Shown: piece by piece, positions 39,250 to 47,759 of the stretch
Layout of the letters: every line of letters begins with the position of its first letter
Position numbering within the stretch: position 1 is the first letter of the stretch
Origin: Mogibacterium sp.
GTDB taxonomy: Bacteria > Bacillota > Clostridia > Peptostreptococcales > Anaerovoracaceae
Reading direction: 5' to 3'
Length of the DNA stretch: 64,000 nt
Assembly: GCA_024403055.1 (NCBI GenBank)
Contig: JAKSSO010000001.1
Span: 13,478 to 77,477 of the forward strand
Made by a program: the position numbers and the translations under genes
Notes under the pieces: generated by a model
Told to the model about the DNA's origin: nothing
The model's input: only the letters and a program-made list of their open reading frames with translations
The model's database searches: none

Positions 39250-40041
39250 ATGAAAATTGACTTTCAGAAGAAAAAAGGGTTCATCTGTGATATGGATGGC
39301 GTTCTGTATCATGGGAACATATTGCTTCCTGGCGCCATCGAGTTCATCAACTGGCTTCAGGAAAATGAAAAGGATTATTTATTCCTTACCAACAACAGTG
39401 GACTGACGCCACGGGAATTGCAACAGAAGTTGGAGCGTCTGGGAGTACATGTTCCGGAAGAGCGTTTTTATACCAGTGCACTGGCTACAGCTGAATTTCT
39501 CAGGATACAGGCACCGGGTTGTTCTGCATTTGTGATCGGCGAGGCCGGACTGCTTAATGCTCTGTACGATGCAGGTATTACAATGAATGATGTAAATCCG
39601 GACTATGTGATTATCGGGGAAGGAAGAAACTATTCTCTGGAATCGCTGACGAAGGCAGTCAATCTTGTTTTGGGGGGCGCAAAGCTGATCGGCGCTAATT
39701 CTGATGTGTCAGGAAATATAGATAACGGGATCGCGCCGTCTTGCCGGGCATTGATCGCACCTGTGGAAATGGCTACAGGAAAGCAAGCCTATTTCTGCGG
39801 TAAACCAAATCCTCTTATGATGAGGACAGGACTTCGACTTCTCGGATGCCATTCTGAAGATGCAGTTATTATCGGAGATCGCATGGATACTGACATCATT
39901 GCAGGTACAGAAAGCGGTGTTGATACGGTGCTTGTATTATCCGGAGTCTCGGATAGAGATACAGTAAAAGTATTTGCATATCAGCCTACGATGATCCTTG
40001 ATGGAGTCGGCTGCATTCCGGGTATACAGGAAGAAGAATAG
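39250..40041 (+). CDS. HAD-IIA family phosphatase (NagD-like)
   Basis: CDMDGVL nucleophile motif, LTNNS, GDRMDTDI. Confidence 0.88.
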   Translation: MKIDFQKKKGFICDMDGVLYHGNILLPGAIEFINWLQENEKDYLFLTNNSGLTPRELQQKLERLGVHVPEERFYTSALATAEFLRIQAPGCSAFVIGEAGLLNALYDAGITMNDVNPDYVIIGEGRNYSLESLTKAVNLVLGGAKLIGANSDVSGNIDNGIAPSCRALIAPVEMATGKQAYFCGKPNPLMMRTGLRLLGCHSEDAVIIGDRMDTDIIAGTESGVDTVLVLSGVSDRDTVKVFAYQPTMILDGVGCIPGIQEEE

Positions 40042-40065
40042 GAATACATAAGATGAATTAAAAAA

Positions 40066-40097
40066 AGGCACTTCGCTTTATATGCGAAGTGCCTTTT
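40066..40097 (+). terminator. Rho-independent terminator
   Basis: AGGCACTTCGC (40066-40076) / GCGAAGTGCCT (40084-40094) followed by TTT, with an A-run upstream. Confidence 0.8.
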
Positions 40098-40235
40098 AAA
40101 ATGCTATGAAATGGAGTTTACGGTGAATATACGCATGCATATGGATATATTTTTTCTTTTGGTGCTGTCGTGTTACTTGCTATTTTGTTATAATAATATC
40201 AAAAGTTTTTATTATCCCCTGAAAGGAGGAACTAC

Positions 40236-41783
40236 ATGAAAAATTATGATGTTATTGTAGTAGGCTCCGGCTGTGGCGGACTCTCTGCTGCTACATATCT
40301 CGCAAGCAGAGGAAAGAAGGTTCTCGTTCTGGAGAAGAACAATCTGCCGGGCGGCTGTGCTACTTCATTCGTAAGAGGCGAGTACGAGTTCGAGTCGACT
40401 CTTCACGAACTCTGCCAGTTCGGTGATGGCACAGGCGAAGGAAAGCGCGGTGCTGTTCGTCAGGTACTGGAAGATGACTACAAGCTGGATGTTGAATGGT
40501 GCTCAGTAGATGAGACATTCGCTGCTGTTGCTACTGATGAGGGCGGTTTCAGAGTATCCATGCCTGTCGGTGTTCAGAATTTCATCGATGCAATGGAGAA
40601 GGCTGTTCCGGGATGCCGCGAGTCCATTACAACTGTCATGGAGCTCGGACGCATGCTGGTCGATGGCGTAGAGTGGCTCTTCGAAAGAGATAATGAGCCT
40701 ACACCTCCGCAGAAGGTCGAGATGCTCCTCAAGTACTATGATCTGATGTGCCTCGTTCCACAGCCTTGTGATGCAATGCTTCGCAAGATCGGTGTCCCTG
40801 ACAAGGCGCGCAACATTCTTGAGAGCTACTGGACATACGTGGCATGTGACAGCACGGAGATGAGCTTTGCACCATACATCTTCATGACATATGTATATAT
40901 CACTCAGAAGCCATGGTTCGCAAAGGACAGATCACACGCTATCTCGATGGCATTCGATACAAGGATCAGACAGTTCGGTGGAGATATCTGGTACAACACT
41001 GAGGTAACTAAGATCGATGTTAAGAATGGCGAGGTAAAGGGCGTTGAGCTGAAGGACGGCACATATATTCCTTGCAATTATGTGATCTCCAACCTGATGC
41101 CGCACGTTGTATTCGACAGAATGATGGATCACGCCGAAGTTCCGGAGTATGAAGTTAAGAAGATGAATGCTCAGAAGATGGCACAGAGCTGCTTCACTGT
41201 ATATCTGGGACTTGATGCAAGTGCTGAGGAGATCGGTATCAAAGATTACGATACATTCATGAGATATGATCCGGATAACCACAATCAGTGGCTTTCATCC
41301 AACAACATAGAAACACATAAGGACATCACATGCACCTGTACGGCTGTTGCAGACCCTCTGACGATCGGCGAAGGACGCTGCACACTGCAGTTCTCCAAGT
41401 TCTATGAGGGAGATGCTTTCGAAAACATTACTGAGGAAGAGTACTTCAGGATGAAGGACAGGATCGCGGAAGAGTGCGTTGACCGTTATGAAGAGGTTAC
41501 CGGCCTGAAGATCAAAGAACACATCGAGGAGATCGTGGTTGCTTCTCCAATGACATGGGCGCGTTTCCTTGGAACTCCTAAGGGAGATGTATACGGTTAC
41601 TATGCAAGACTCTGGGACGGCATGTTCCCGCGTGTTCAGTGCGGACATAAGGAAGATTACAACATCAAGGGTCTGAGATTCGTAGGCGGACACGGAACAC
41701 AGATGGACGGCTATTCACAGGCATTCCTTTCCGGCAGAGAGCAGGCAAAGTACATGCTCGAGAATATGAAGGAGGGCAAGTAA
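40236..41783 (+). CDS. FAD-dependent oxidoreductase, phytoene-desaturase (CrtI)/amine-oxidase superfamily
   Basis: YDVIVVGSGCGGLSAATYLASRGKKVLVLEKNNLPGG dinucleotide-binding motif, 515 aa. Confidence 0.8.
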   Translation: MKNYDVIVVGSGCGGLSAATYLASRGKKVLVLEKNNLPGGCATSFVRGEYEFESTLHELCQFGDGTGEGKRGAVRQVLEDDYKLDVEWCSVDETFAAVATDEGGFRVSMPVGVQNFIDAMEKAVPGCRESITTVMELGRMLVDGVEWLFERDNEPTPPQKVEMLLKYYDLMCLVPQPCDAMLRKIGVPDKARNILESYWTYVACDSTEMSFAPYIFMTYVYITQKPWFAKDRSHAISMAFDTRIRQFGGDIWYNTEVTKIDVKNGEVKGVELKDGTYIPCNYVISNLMPHVVFDRMMDHAEVPEYEVKKMNAQKMAQSCFTVYLGLDASAEEIGIKDYDTFMRYDPDNHNQWLSSNNIETHKDITCTCTAVADPLTIGEGRCTLQFSKFYEGDAFENITEEEYFRMKDRIAEECVDRYEEVTGLKIKEHIEEIVVASPMTWARFLGTPKGDVYGYYARLWDGMFPRVQCGHKEDYNIKGLRFVGGHGTQMDGYSQAFLSGREQAKYMLENMKEGK

Positions 41784-41784
41784 G

Positions 41785-43005
41785 ATGGCAAAATATAAAT
41801 ATAAAAGAGACGTATTTAAGGGCCTGACTCCTTTCCCTTTCCTGGGCGAGGTCAAGACTCGTGTTAAGAACATCGAAGCAGCTTCAACTGAATTCCCTAA
41901 GTCGGTATTCAATCCTAATACTCTTGCGGCAAAGCTTCACCCGCACTATCAGTCTGCTAAGGTAGCAAAGGTAGAGGAGCAGCCTGATGCGAAAGTATAT
42001 ACTCTCGTTGCAGACGAAGCAAAGGGAACGAAGTCCCTTGCATACTTCCGCGCAGGTCAGTACATCAGCGTTGTGATCGATATTGACGGAGCAAAGGTGA
42101 CCAAGCCTTATACTCTGGCAGGAAGTCCTAAGGCTGCACTTGGAGATGAGAACACATCATATACCATCATGATCAAGAAGGCAGCAAAGGGATATGCATC
42201 GGAATATATCCTGAACAACTGGAAGGAAGGAACTGAGATCGTTATTTCAGGTCCGCTCGGACATTACTATTACCAGGGTCTCAGAGATGCAAAGAAAGTC
42301 ATTGCAGCAGCGGGCGGAAGCGGCATCACACCGTTCATCTCGATGGCTCGCGCTATCGTAGACGGAGAGGAGAACTTTGATCTGACTATTCTCTTCGGAA
42401 GCAAGACAGAGAAAGACATCGCTTTCAAGAAGGAACTCGACGAGATCGTTGCAGCAAGTAACGGCAAGGTTCAGGTAGTCCACATTCTGTCGGATGAGCA
42501 GAAAGAAGGTTATGAGAGCGGATTCATCACAGCAGAGCTGATAAAGAAATACGCAGGCGAGGAGGACTACAGCATCTTCGTATGTGGCAATCAGAACTTC
42601 TACAAGTTCATGCATGGTGAAGTTGAGAAGCTTGGTCTCCCGGGCAGAAGAGTAAGATTTGAGGTGCCTGGCGAGATGGGCGATCCTACACAGGATGAAG
42701 CTTACAATGGCGATGTAAATGCCGAGTACAATATCACTGTTGTGATCAGAGGCGAAGAGACTGAGATCAAGTGCCAGGGCGGTGAGACACTGCTTCACGC
42801 TATCCAGGCTGCAGGTATCATGGTAACATCTGACTGCAGAAGCGGACTCTGCGGATGGTGCCATTCCAGACTGATCATGGGTGAAGTATTCATTCCTGAG
42901 GATCATGACGGAAGAAGACTGGCAGATAAGAAGTTCGGATGGATCCATCCATGCGCAACTTATCCGATGTCTGACATCAAGATGGAAGTATTCCCAATTA
43001 TGTAA
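41785..43005 (+). CDS. FNR-type flavin reductase with C-terminal plant-type [2Fe-2S] domain (Hcr/PDR-like) and N-terminal extension
   Basis: RAGQYISV and KPYTLAGSP (FAD), GGSGITPFISM (NAD(P)H), CRSGLCGWCHSRL...C (2Fe-2S). Starts 1 nt after the upstream stop. Confidence 0.8.
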   Translation: MAKYKYKRDVFKGLTPFPFLGEVKTRVKNIEAASTEFPKSVFNPNTLAAKLHPHYQSAKVAKVEEQPDAKVYTLVADEAKGTKSLAYFRAGQYISVVIDIDGAKVTKPYTLAGSPKAALGDENTSYTIMIKKAAKGYASEYILNNWKEGTEIVISGPLGHYYYQGLRDAKKVIAAAGGSGITPFISMARAIVDGEENFDLTILFGSKTEKDIAFKKELDEIVAASNGKVQVVHILSDEQKEGYESGFITAELIKKYAGEEDYSIFVCGNQNFYKFMHGEVEKLGLPGRRVRFEVPGEMGDPTQDEAYNGDVNAEYNITVVIRGEETEIKCQGGETLLHAIQAAGIMVTSDCRSGLCGWCHSRLIMGEVFIPEDHDGRRLADKKFGWIHPCATYPMSDIKMEVFPIM

Positions 43006-43031
43006 TCTGTTTATGTAATTATTAACTGTAT

Positions 43032-43088
43032 GGTCCTGCGTATTCTTTTTCGGAATAGCGATTTTCGTAAAAAGGAATGCGCAGGACC
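43032..43088. other. Long imperfect hairpin with no U-tract
   Basis: 19-bp stem GGTCCTGCGTATTCTTTTT (43032-43050) / AAAAGGAATGCGCAGGACC (43070-43088) with two G-U pairs and a 19-nt loop. Confidence 0.5.
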
Positions 43089-43152
43089 GGGAATAAACAA
43101 TCAATACTTGTCCACTATCCGACAATACTGATATAACATTTCAGGAGGGATC

Positions 43153-44076
43153 ATGATAGCTGTTGTAGGTGCTGCGAATATAGATCTGCATACACAATTT
43201 GAAAAAGATATTCTGCTGAGAAATTCCAATCCTGCGATCACCCGTACTTCTGTGGGGGGTGTTGCCCGCAACGTTGCAGACAATCTTTCCAGACTGGGTG
43301 AAGAAGTGATGTTTTTTACCGGTGTGGGTGATGATCTTTTCGGTAGAGAAATAATGCACAACTGTAAGGAACTCGGGATCGATGCGAGTCACGCTTATCA
43401 GTCAAAGGAGTTTTCTACAGGAACATATATCGACATACTTGATGCCAACAGCGACATGTATGTTGCGGCAGCTGACACAAGAATCATTGAGTCTATTCCT
43501 CTGTCATACTTTGATGAGATCGCAGAGTATCTTCAAAAGGCTGATGCCATCGTTGTCGATCCTAATCTGTCGGCCGATCAGCTTGTGAAGATACATGAGG
43601 TCGCTAAAGGAACGAAGATATTCATTGACCCGACTTCACGTGCGAGGTCGAAGAAAATGAAAACTGTTTTTAATATTTTCCACTTTATCAAGCCTAATAA
43701 TTATGAGCTTGAGGAGCTGGCGGATATGCCTGTTGAGACAGAAGATGATATAATAAAAGGCGTTGAGATCCTTCTTGAGAAGGGCGCCGGAAGCGTAGCT
43801 GTCTCAATGGGAGAGAAGGGATGCTATTATGCGGATAATACGGGAGTATCAATGTTCAGAGAGCAGCCGTTCAAATGTGAGATGGAGAATGCCACCGGAG
43901 CCGGGGATGCTTTTCTGGCGGGTTATGTCAAGGCCTTCAGTTCGGGAAAAGCGATAGAAGAGCGTCTCGACTATGCATTGGCATGTGGCACGGTCACTGT
44001 AATGAGTGCCGATTCAATTAATGAGAAAATGAGCGATGATTTCATCACGAAGTTCATCGATGTAAATATGAGATAA
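43153..44076 (+). CDS. psuK: PfkB-family pseudouridine kinase
   Basis: GGVARNVADNLSRLG and the C-terminal NATGAGDAF anion-hole motif. Adjacent to psuG. Confidence 0.8.
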   Translation: MIAVVGAANIDLHTQFEKDILLRNSNPAITRTSVGGVARNVADNLSRLGEEVMFFTGVGDDLFGREIMHNCKELGIDASHAYQSKEFSTGTYIDILDANSDMYVAAADTRIIESIPLSYFDEIAEYLQKADAIVVDPNLSADQLVKIHEVAKGTKIFIDPTSRARSKKMKTVFNIFHFIKPNNYELEELADMPVETEDDIIKGVEILLEKGAGSVAVSMGEKGCYYADNTGVSMFREQPFKCEMENATGAGDAFLAGYVKAFSSGKAIEERLDYALACGTVTVMSADSINEKMSDDFITKFIDVNMR

Positions 44077-44095
44077 TGCATCAGGAAGGAAAGAA

Positions 44096-45004
44096 ATGAG
44101 TTACGAAAACTATCTTGATATAAAAGCAGAAGTTGCGGAAGCACTTGCAACAGGCAAGCCTGTTGTTGCACTGGAGAGTACTATTCTGAGTCACGGAATG
44201 CCATATCCTGAAAATCTTGATTTCGCGGCCAAGGTCGAGGAGGTCATTCGCGCAGAGGGCTGTGTCCCGGCAACGATCGCTTTGCTTGACGGACGCATCA
44301 AGATCGGACTTGAGGCTGATGAACTCGAGGTAATGTGCAAAGCCGAAGATGTCGGCAAGGTAAGCCGTAGAGATTTTGCAGTATACCTCTCGCAGAAGAA
44401 GGCAGGTGCGACAACTGTTGCATCGACCATGATGTGTGCTGCAATGGCGGGCATCAAGGTGTTTGCGACAGGCGGCATTGGCGGAGTTCACAGAGGCGGT
44501 GAGGACAGCATGGACGTCAGCGCTGATCTGCAGGAGCTGGCACACACCAGCGTTGCCGTTGTATGTGCAGGCGCTAAGCAGATACTGGATATCGGAAGAA
44601 CTCTTGAGTATCTTGAGACCATGGGTGTTCCTGTCATCGGCAACAAGACTGACAGATTCCCTGCATTCTTCTGTCCTGACAGCGGATATGGAGTGGACTT
44701 TGCAGCAAAGGACGAGGCGGAGATCGCTGAGATACTCAGAACTCATCTTGACCTCGGACTGCAGTCGGGAATGCTTATCGGCAACCCTGTACCTGCAGAG
44801 TACGCCCAGGATTATGACGAGATGGAGAAGGTGATCGACAAGGCTCTTGCAATGGCTGACGAAGCCGGTGTGAGAGGCAAGAACATCACACCTTTCCTTC
44901 TTGCAACGGTCAAGGATCTGACCGGCGGCGAGTCATTCAAGTCAAATGTTCAGCTCGCACTGAACAATGCACGCTGCGCAGCTAAGATAGCGAAGGCATT
45001 GTAA
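44096..45004 (+). CDS. psuG: Pseudouridine-5'-phosphate glycosidase
   Basis: VALESTILSHGMPYPEN and TGGIGGVHRG motifs. Confidence 0.93.
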   Translation: MSYENYLDIKAEVAEALATGKPVVALESTILSHGMPYPENLDFAAKVEEVIRAEGCVPATIALLDGRIKIGLEADELEVMCKAEDVGKVSRRDFAVYLSQKKAGATTVASTMMCAAMAGIKVFATGGIGGVHRGGEDSMDVSADLQELAHTSVAVVCAGAKQILDIGRTLEYLETMGVPVIGNKTDRFPAFFCPDSGYGVDFAAKDEAEIAEILRTHLDLGLQSGMLIGNPVPAEYAQDYDEMEKVIDKALAMADEAGVRGKNITPFLLATVKDLTGGESFKSNVQLALNNARCAAKIAKAL

Positions 45005-45019
45005 CAGAGGTAAAAAAAC

Positions 45020-45622
45020 ATGGCAAAGCTTTATTTCAAATTCGGAGCAATGGGCAGTTCCAAGACGGCTCAGGCACTGATGACCAAATTCAATTATGAG
45101 GAAAAGGGCAAGAATGTATGGATCATGAAGCCCAGCATTGATACGCGTGAGACAGAAGTGACCTCCCGTATCGGACTTCATGCGCCTGCATATATCGTTA
45201 GCCCGGATGAGGATCTTCTCGATACATATCGCAAAGATTACAAAAAGATCGACGTTATCATCGTCGATGAGTGCCAGTTCCTGACTGAGGCTCAGGTTGA
45301 TCAGCTGAGAGTGTTCGTCGATGAATATGGCATACCGGTGCTTTGCTTTGGCCTTCGTGCGGATTTCCAGGCAAAGCTCTTCCCGGGCAGCAAGAGACTC
45401 TTCGAGATAGCCGACTCTATCACGGAGATCAAGTCGATATGCAGCTGCGGCCGCAAAGCGATCGTTAATGTAAGATTTGACGACAGCGGCGAGATCATCA
45501 CTGAGGGTGATCAGGTGTGCATCGGCGGGAACGACAGATATGTCGGCATGTGCTACAAATGCTACATGGAGCGTAAGAAGGCACATGAGGCAAAGCTGAA
45601 ACTCACGGAACTTACGAAATAA
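45020..45622 (+). CDS. tdk: Thymidine kinase
   Basis: GAMGSSKT P-loop, VDECQF, and zinc ribbon CSCGRKA...CYKCY. Confidence 0.95.
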   Translation: MAKLYFKFGAMGSSKTAQALMTKFNYEEKGKNVWIMKPSIDTRETEVTSRIGLHAPAYIVSPDEDLLDTYRKDYKKIDVIIVDECQFLTEAQVDQLRVFVDEYGIPVLCFGLRADFQAKLFPGSKRLFEIADSITEIKSICSCGRKAIVNVRFDDSGEIITEGDQVCIGGNDRYVGMCYKCYMERKKAHEAKLKLTELTK

Positions 45623-45657
45623 AGAATTGCAAAGAGGCAGATATAAGGAAACAAAAA

Positions 45658-45692
45658 ATGAGCAGTCCGCAAAAGTGACTGCTCATTTATTT
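45658..45692. terminator. Bidirectional terminator between tdk (+) and the AI-2E transporter gene (-)
   Basis: ATGAGCAGTC (45658-45667) / GACTGCTCAT (45677-45686) flanked by an A-run and TTTATTT. Confidence 0.8.
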
Positions 45693-45711
45693 AATATGGA
45701 TCATCAGTTTA

Positions 45712-46860
45712 TTACGCGTCGCAGTTATTCTCTTTCTTAACGATATAATTCTGAGCAAGCGTGTAGAGTACAGAGCACAGTGGAACTCCAAGCAGCATGC
45801 CCAGTATGCCGAAAGCACTGCCTCCGATCGTGACAGCAACAAGAACCCACAATCCAGGGAGTCCAACGGACTTTCCTACGATTTTAGGATAGATCAGATT
45901 GCCTTCTATCTGCTGAAGTATGATCAGGAATATGATAAACCATAGTGCCTTGATCGGGCTGATAAACAGGATCAGGGAGGCTCCGATGATCGCACCGATC
46001 CATGCTCCGAAAATAGGGATCAGAGCGGTAAAGCAGATAATAACTGATACCGGAAGTGCATTAGGGAAGCGGAAAATCAGCATGCCGATAAAGCACAGAA
46101 AACCGATAACAAGTGCGTCCATCATCTGACCTGTGACAAAATGTGTAAAGCTGGCGTTGGATATTGACAGTACTTCCAGAGTCTTATTCGCTTTCTTCTC
46201 AGGCAGAAAGGCACGCAGTAAACGTGTGGAACGGGATTTCCACATTTCCTTCTGTGCAAGTAAATACAGAGAAAAGGTAAACGCCAGAACTACATTGATG
46301 ACAACACTGAAAACGGACATTGTAATATCCAGTGTTTTATCTACGACGTCACTTCTGTTTTTAGCAAAAAAGTCATTGACCGCGTTCATGATGGTATCAT
46401 GATCTATTTTTATTGCGGGCAGAACAATACCGTGGCCGCTGAGGAAAACGGATAATTTCTGCCACCACGTATCTATCTCATTTAAATATGCAGGAAATTG
46501 TTCTGCAAAGTTTTGAGCGGTTTTCTCCAGCTGCGGGATCAGAACAAAGAATACCGCACAGATCGCACCCAGAAATATCAGGGTGCTTAAAACAAGACAG
46601 ATCGGGCGTCTTAATGATTGCATCCGCGTCGATTCCGTTTCACGTTTCGCCTCTAATTTACGATATGCTTTCTCCAGCGGGACAAGTATCAGGTTGATCA
46701 AAAAAGCAATGCATATTCCGATCAGAAATGGTGATATCAGGGATACTATTCCGGAGAGCAGTTTTGTAAGAACCTGAAAATTATGAATTCCCCAATATAG
46801 CAGAATCGTAAATATGATAAGAAACATGATCTGTTTCATTGTCTTTTTATTAAGTCCCAT
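45712..46860 (-). CDS. AI-2E family transporter (UPF0118/PerM-like)
   Basis: ~8 TM with the characteristic C-terminal IILQQIEGNLIYPKIVGKSVGL motif. Confidence 0.88.
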   Translation of the reverse strand: MGLNKKTMKQIMFLIIFTILLYWGIHNFQVLTKLLSGIVSLISPFLIGICIAFLINLILVPLEKAYRKLEAKRETESTRMQSLRRPICLVLSTLIFLGAICAVFFVLIPQLEKTAQNFAEQFPAYLNEIDTWWQKLSVFLSGHGIVLPAIKIDHDTIMNAVNDFFAKNRSDVVDKTLDITMSVFSVVINVVLAFTFSLYLLAQKEMWKSRSTRLLRAFLPEKKANKTLEVLSISNASFTHFVTGQMMDALVIGFLCFIGMLIFRFPNALPVSVIICFTALIPIFGAWIGAIIGASLILFISPIKALWFIIFLIILQQIEGNLIYPKIVGKSVGLPGLWVLVAVTIGGSAFGILGMLLGVPLCSVLYTLAQNYIVKKENNCDA

Positions 46861-46873
46861 ATCGTCGACCTCC

Positions 46874-47554
46874 TTATATAATGTAGTTCTCGAAGGTACG
46901 GAGATCCATCAGGAAAAGCTTTCCTGCAAGCTCGCTTTCCTGTCCGGTCAGGACCTTGATCGCCTCGGCAACTTCCATCGATGCACAGCATGCAACGGTG
47001 GAGCAGAGAGATGTCTTGGCGGATGATGGATCATTCGCTTCTTGAGATGCAGTCCCGTACAGTCTGTGCAGCAGTTCACTGCCCGGTGTTGACAGACCTA
47101 CCTGAAGATTCCAGCCCTGGATAGCTCCGTGAACAAGTGGCACCATTTTCTCTTTGCAGATATCTTCGAGAACGAGCCTGTCTCTGACATTATCGAGCGC
47201 GTCGATCACGACATCAGCCTTTTCGACGAGTTCGCTTATTTCCGATATCGGAAGAAATTGCGTGATAGCTGTCAGTTCAACATCAGGATTGACACTGCTG
47301 ATCCTCTCGACAGCAGCCTCAGTCTTGGAGCGACCGATATTCTCGGCGGTGCAGAACAGCTGGCGGTTGAGGTTGGACTCATTAAAAACATCGCCGTCAG
47401 TAACGGTAATGTGGCCCACACCGATGCGTGCAAGCTCTTCAACAACATAGCCACCCAGTCCGCCGCATCCTATAATGAGTGCGGATCTGTCAGCGAGTGC
47501 GAGCTGCTGCTCTTCAGATATTGCAGGAATATTTCTGATATATCTCTCTTCCAT
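46874..47554 (-). CDS. ThiF/MoeB/HesA-family E1-like adenylyltransferase
   Basis: IIGCGGLGGYVVEELARIGVG Rossmann motif and NESNLNRQ. The start is uncertain (ATG 47554 giving MEERY..., or TTG 47635) and neither has a clear SD. Confidence 0.8.
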   Translation of the reverse strand: MEERYIRNIPAISEEQQLALADRSALIIGCGGLGGYVVEELARIGVGHITVTDGDVFNESNLNRQLFCTAENIGRSKTEAAVERISSVNPDVELTAITQFLPISEISELVEKADVVIDALDNVRDRLVLEDICKEKMVPLVHGAIQGWNLQVGLSTPGSELLHRLYGTASQEANDPSSAKTSLCSTVACCASMEVAEAIKVLTGQESELAGKLFLMDLRTFENYII

Positions 47555-47759
47555 AAGTGTTTTAGATTTCGAAAAAGCGATCTTTATGATTGCTTTTACA
47601 AATTCATACTTGTTTTTGCAAACTTTTTGTTTCAATTTATATATTTATAATACCATTGATGTTATAATTTACACAATATCAATACTTCAGTAATACTGCT
47701 CAGCCCGGATCAGCTGATGGGTTGCAGCACCAGAATATTATTCCCCGGGGGAGGAAGTT

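Noticed and set aside
30591-39250. Integrative mobile element at the guaA 3' end
   Set aside because: I found no integrase, recombinase, relaxase or flanking direct repeats by eye. I report it only as a variable or eroded region, not as a mobile element.
42247-43125. 292-aa minus-strand ORF, together with similar long antisense ORFs at 6012-6845, 19370-20212, 44081-44746, 48219-48863, 48936-49805, 50076-50726, 54539-55189 and 58272-58862
   Set aside because: All of them lie antisense to genes with strong family signatures and have no recognisable motifs or RBS. I treat them as non-coding shadows.
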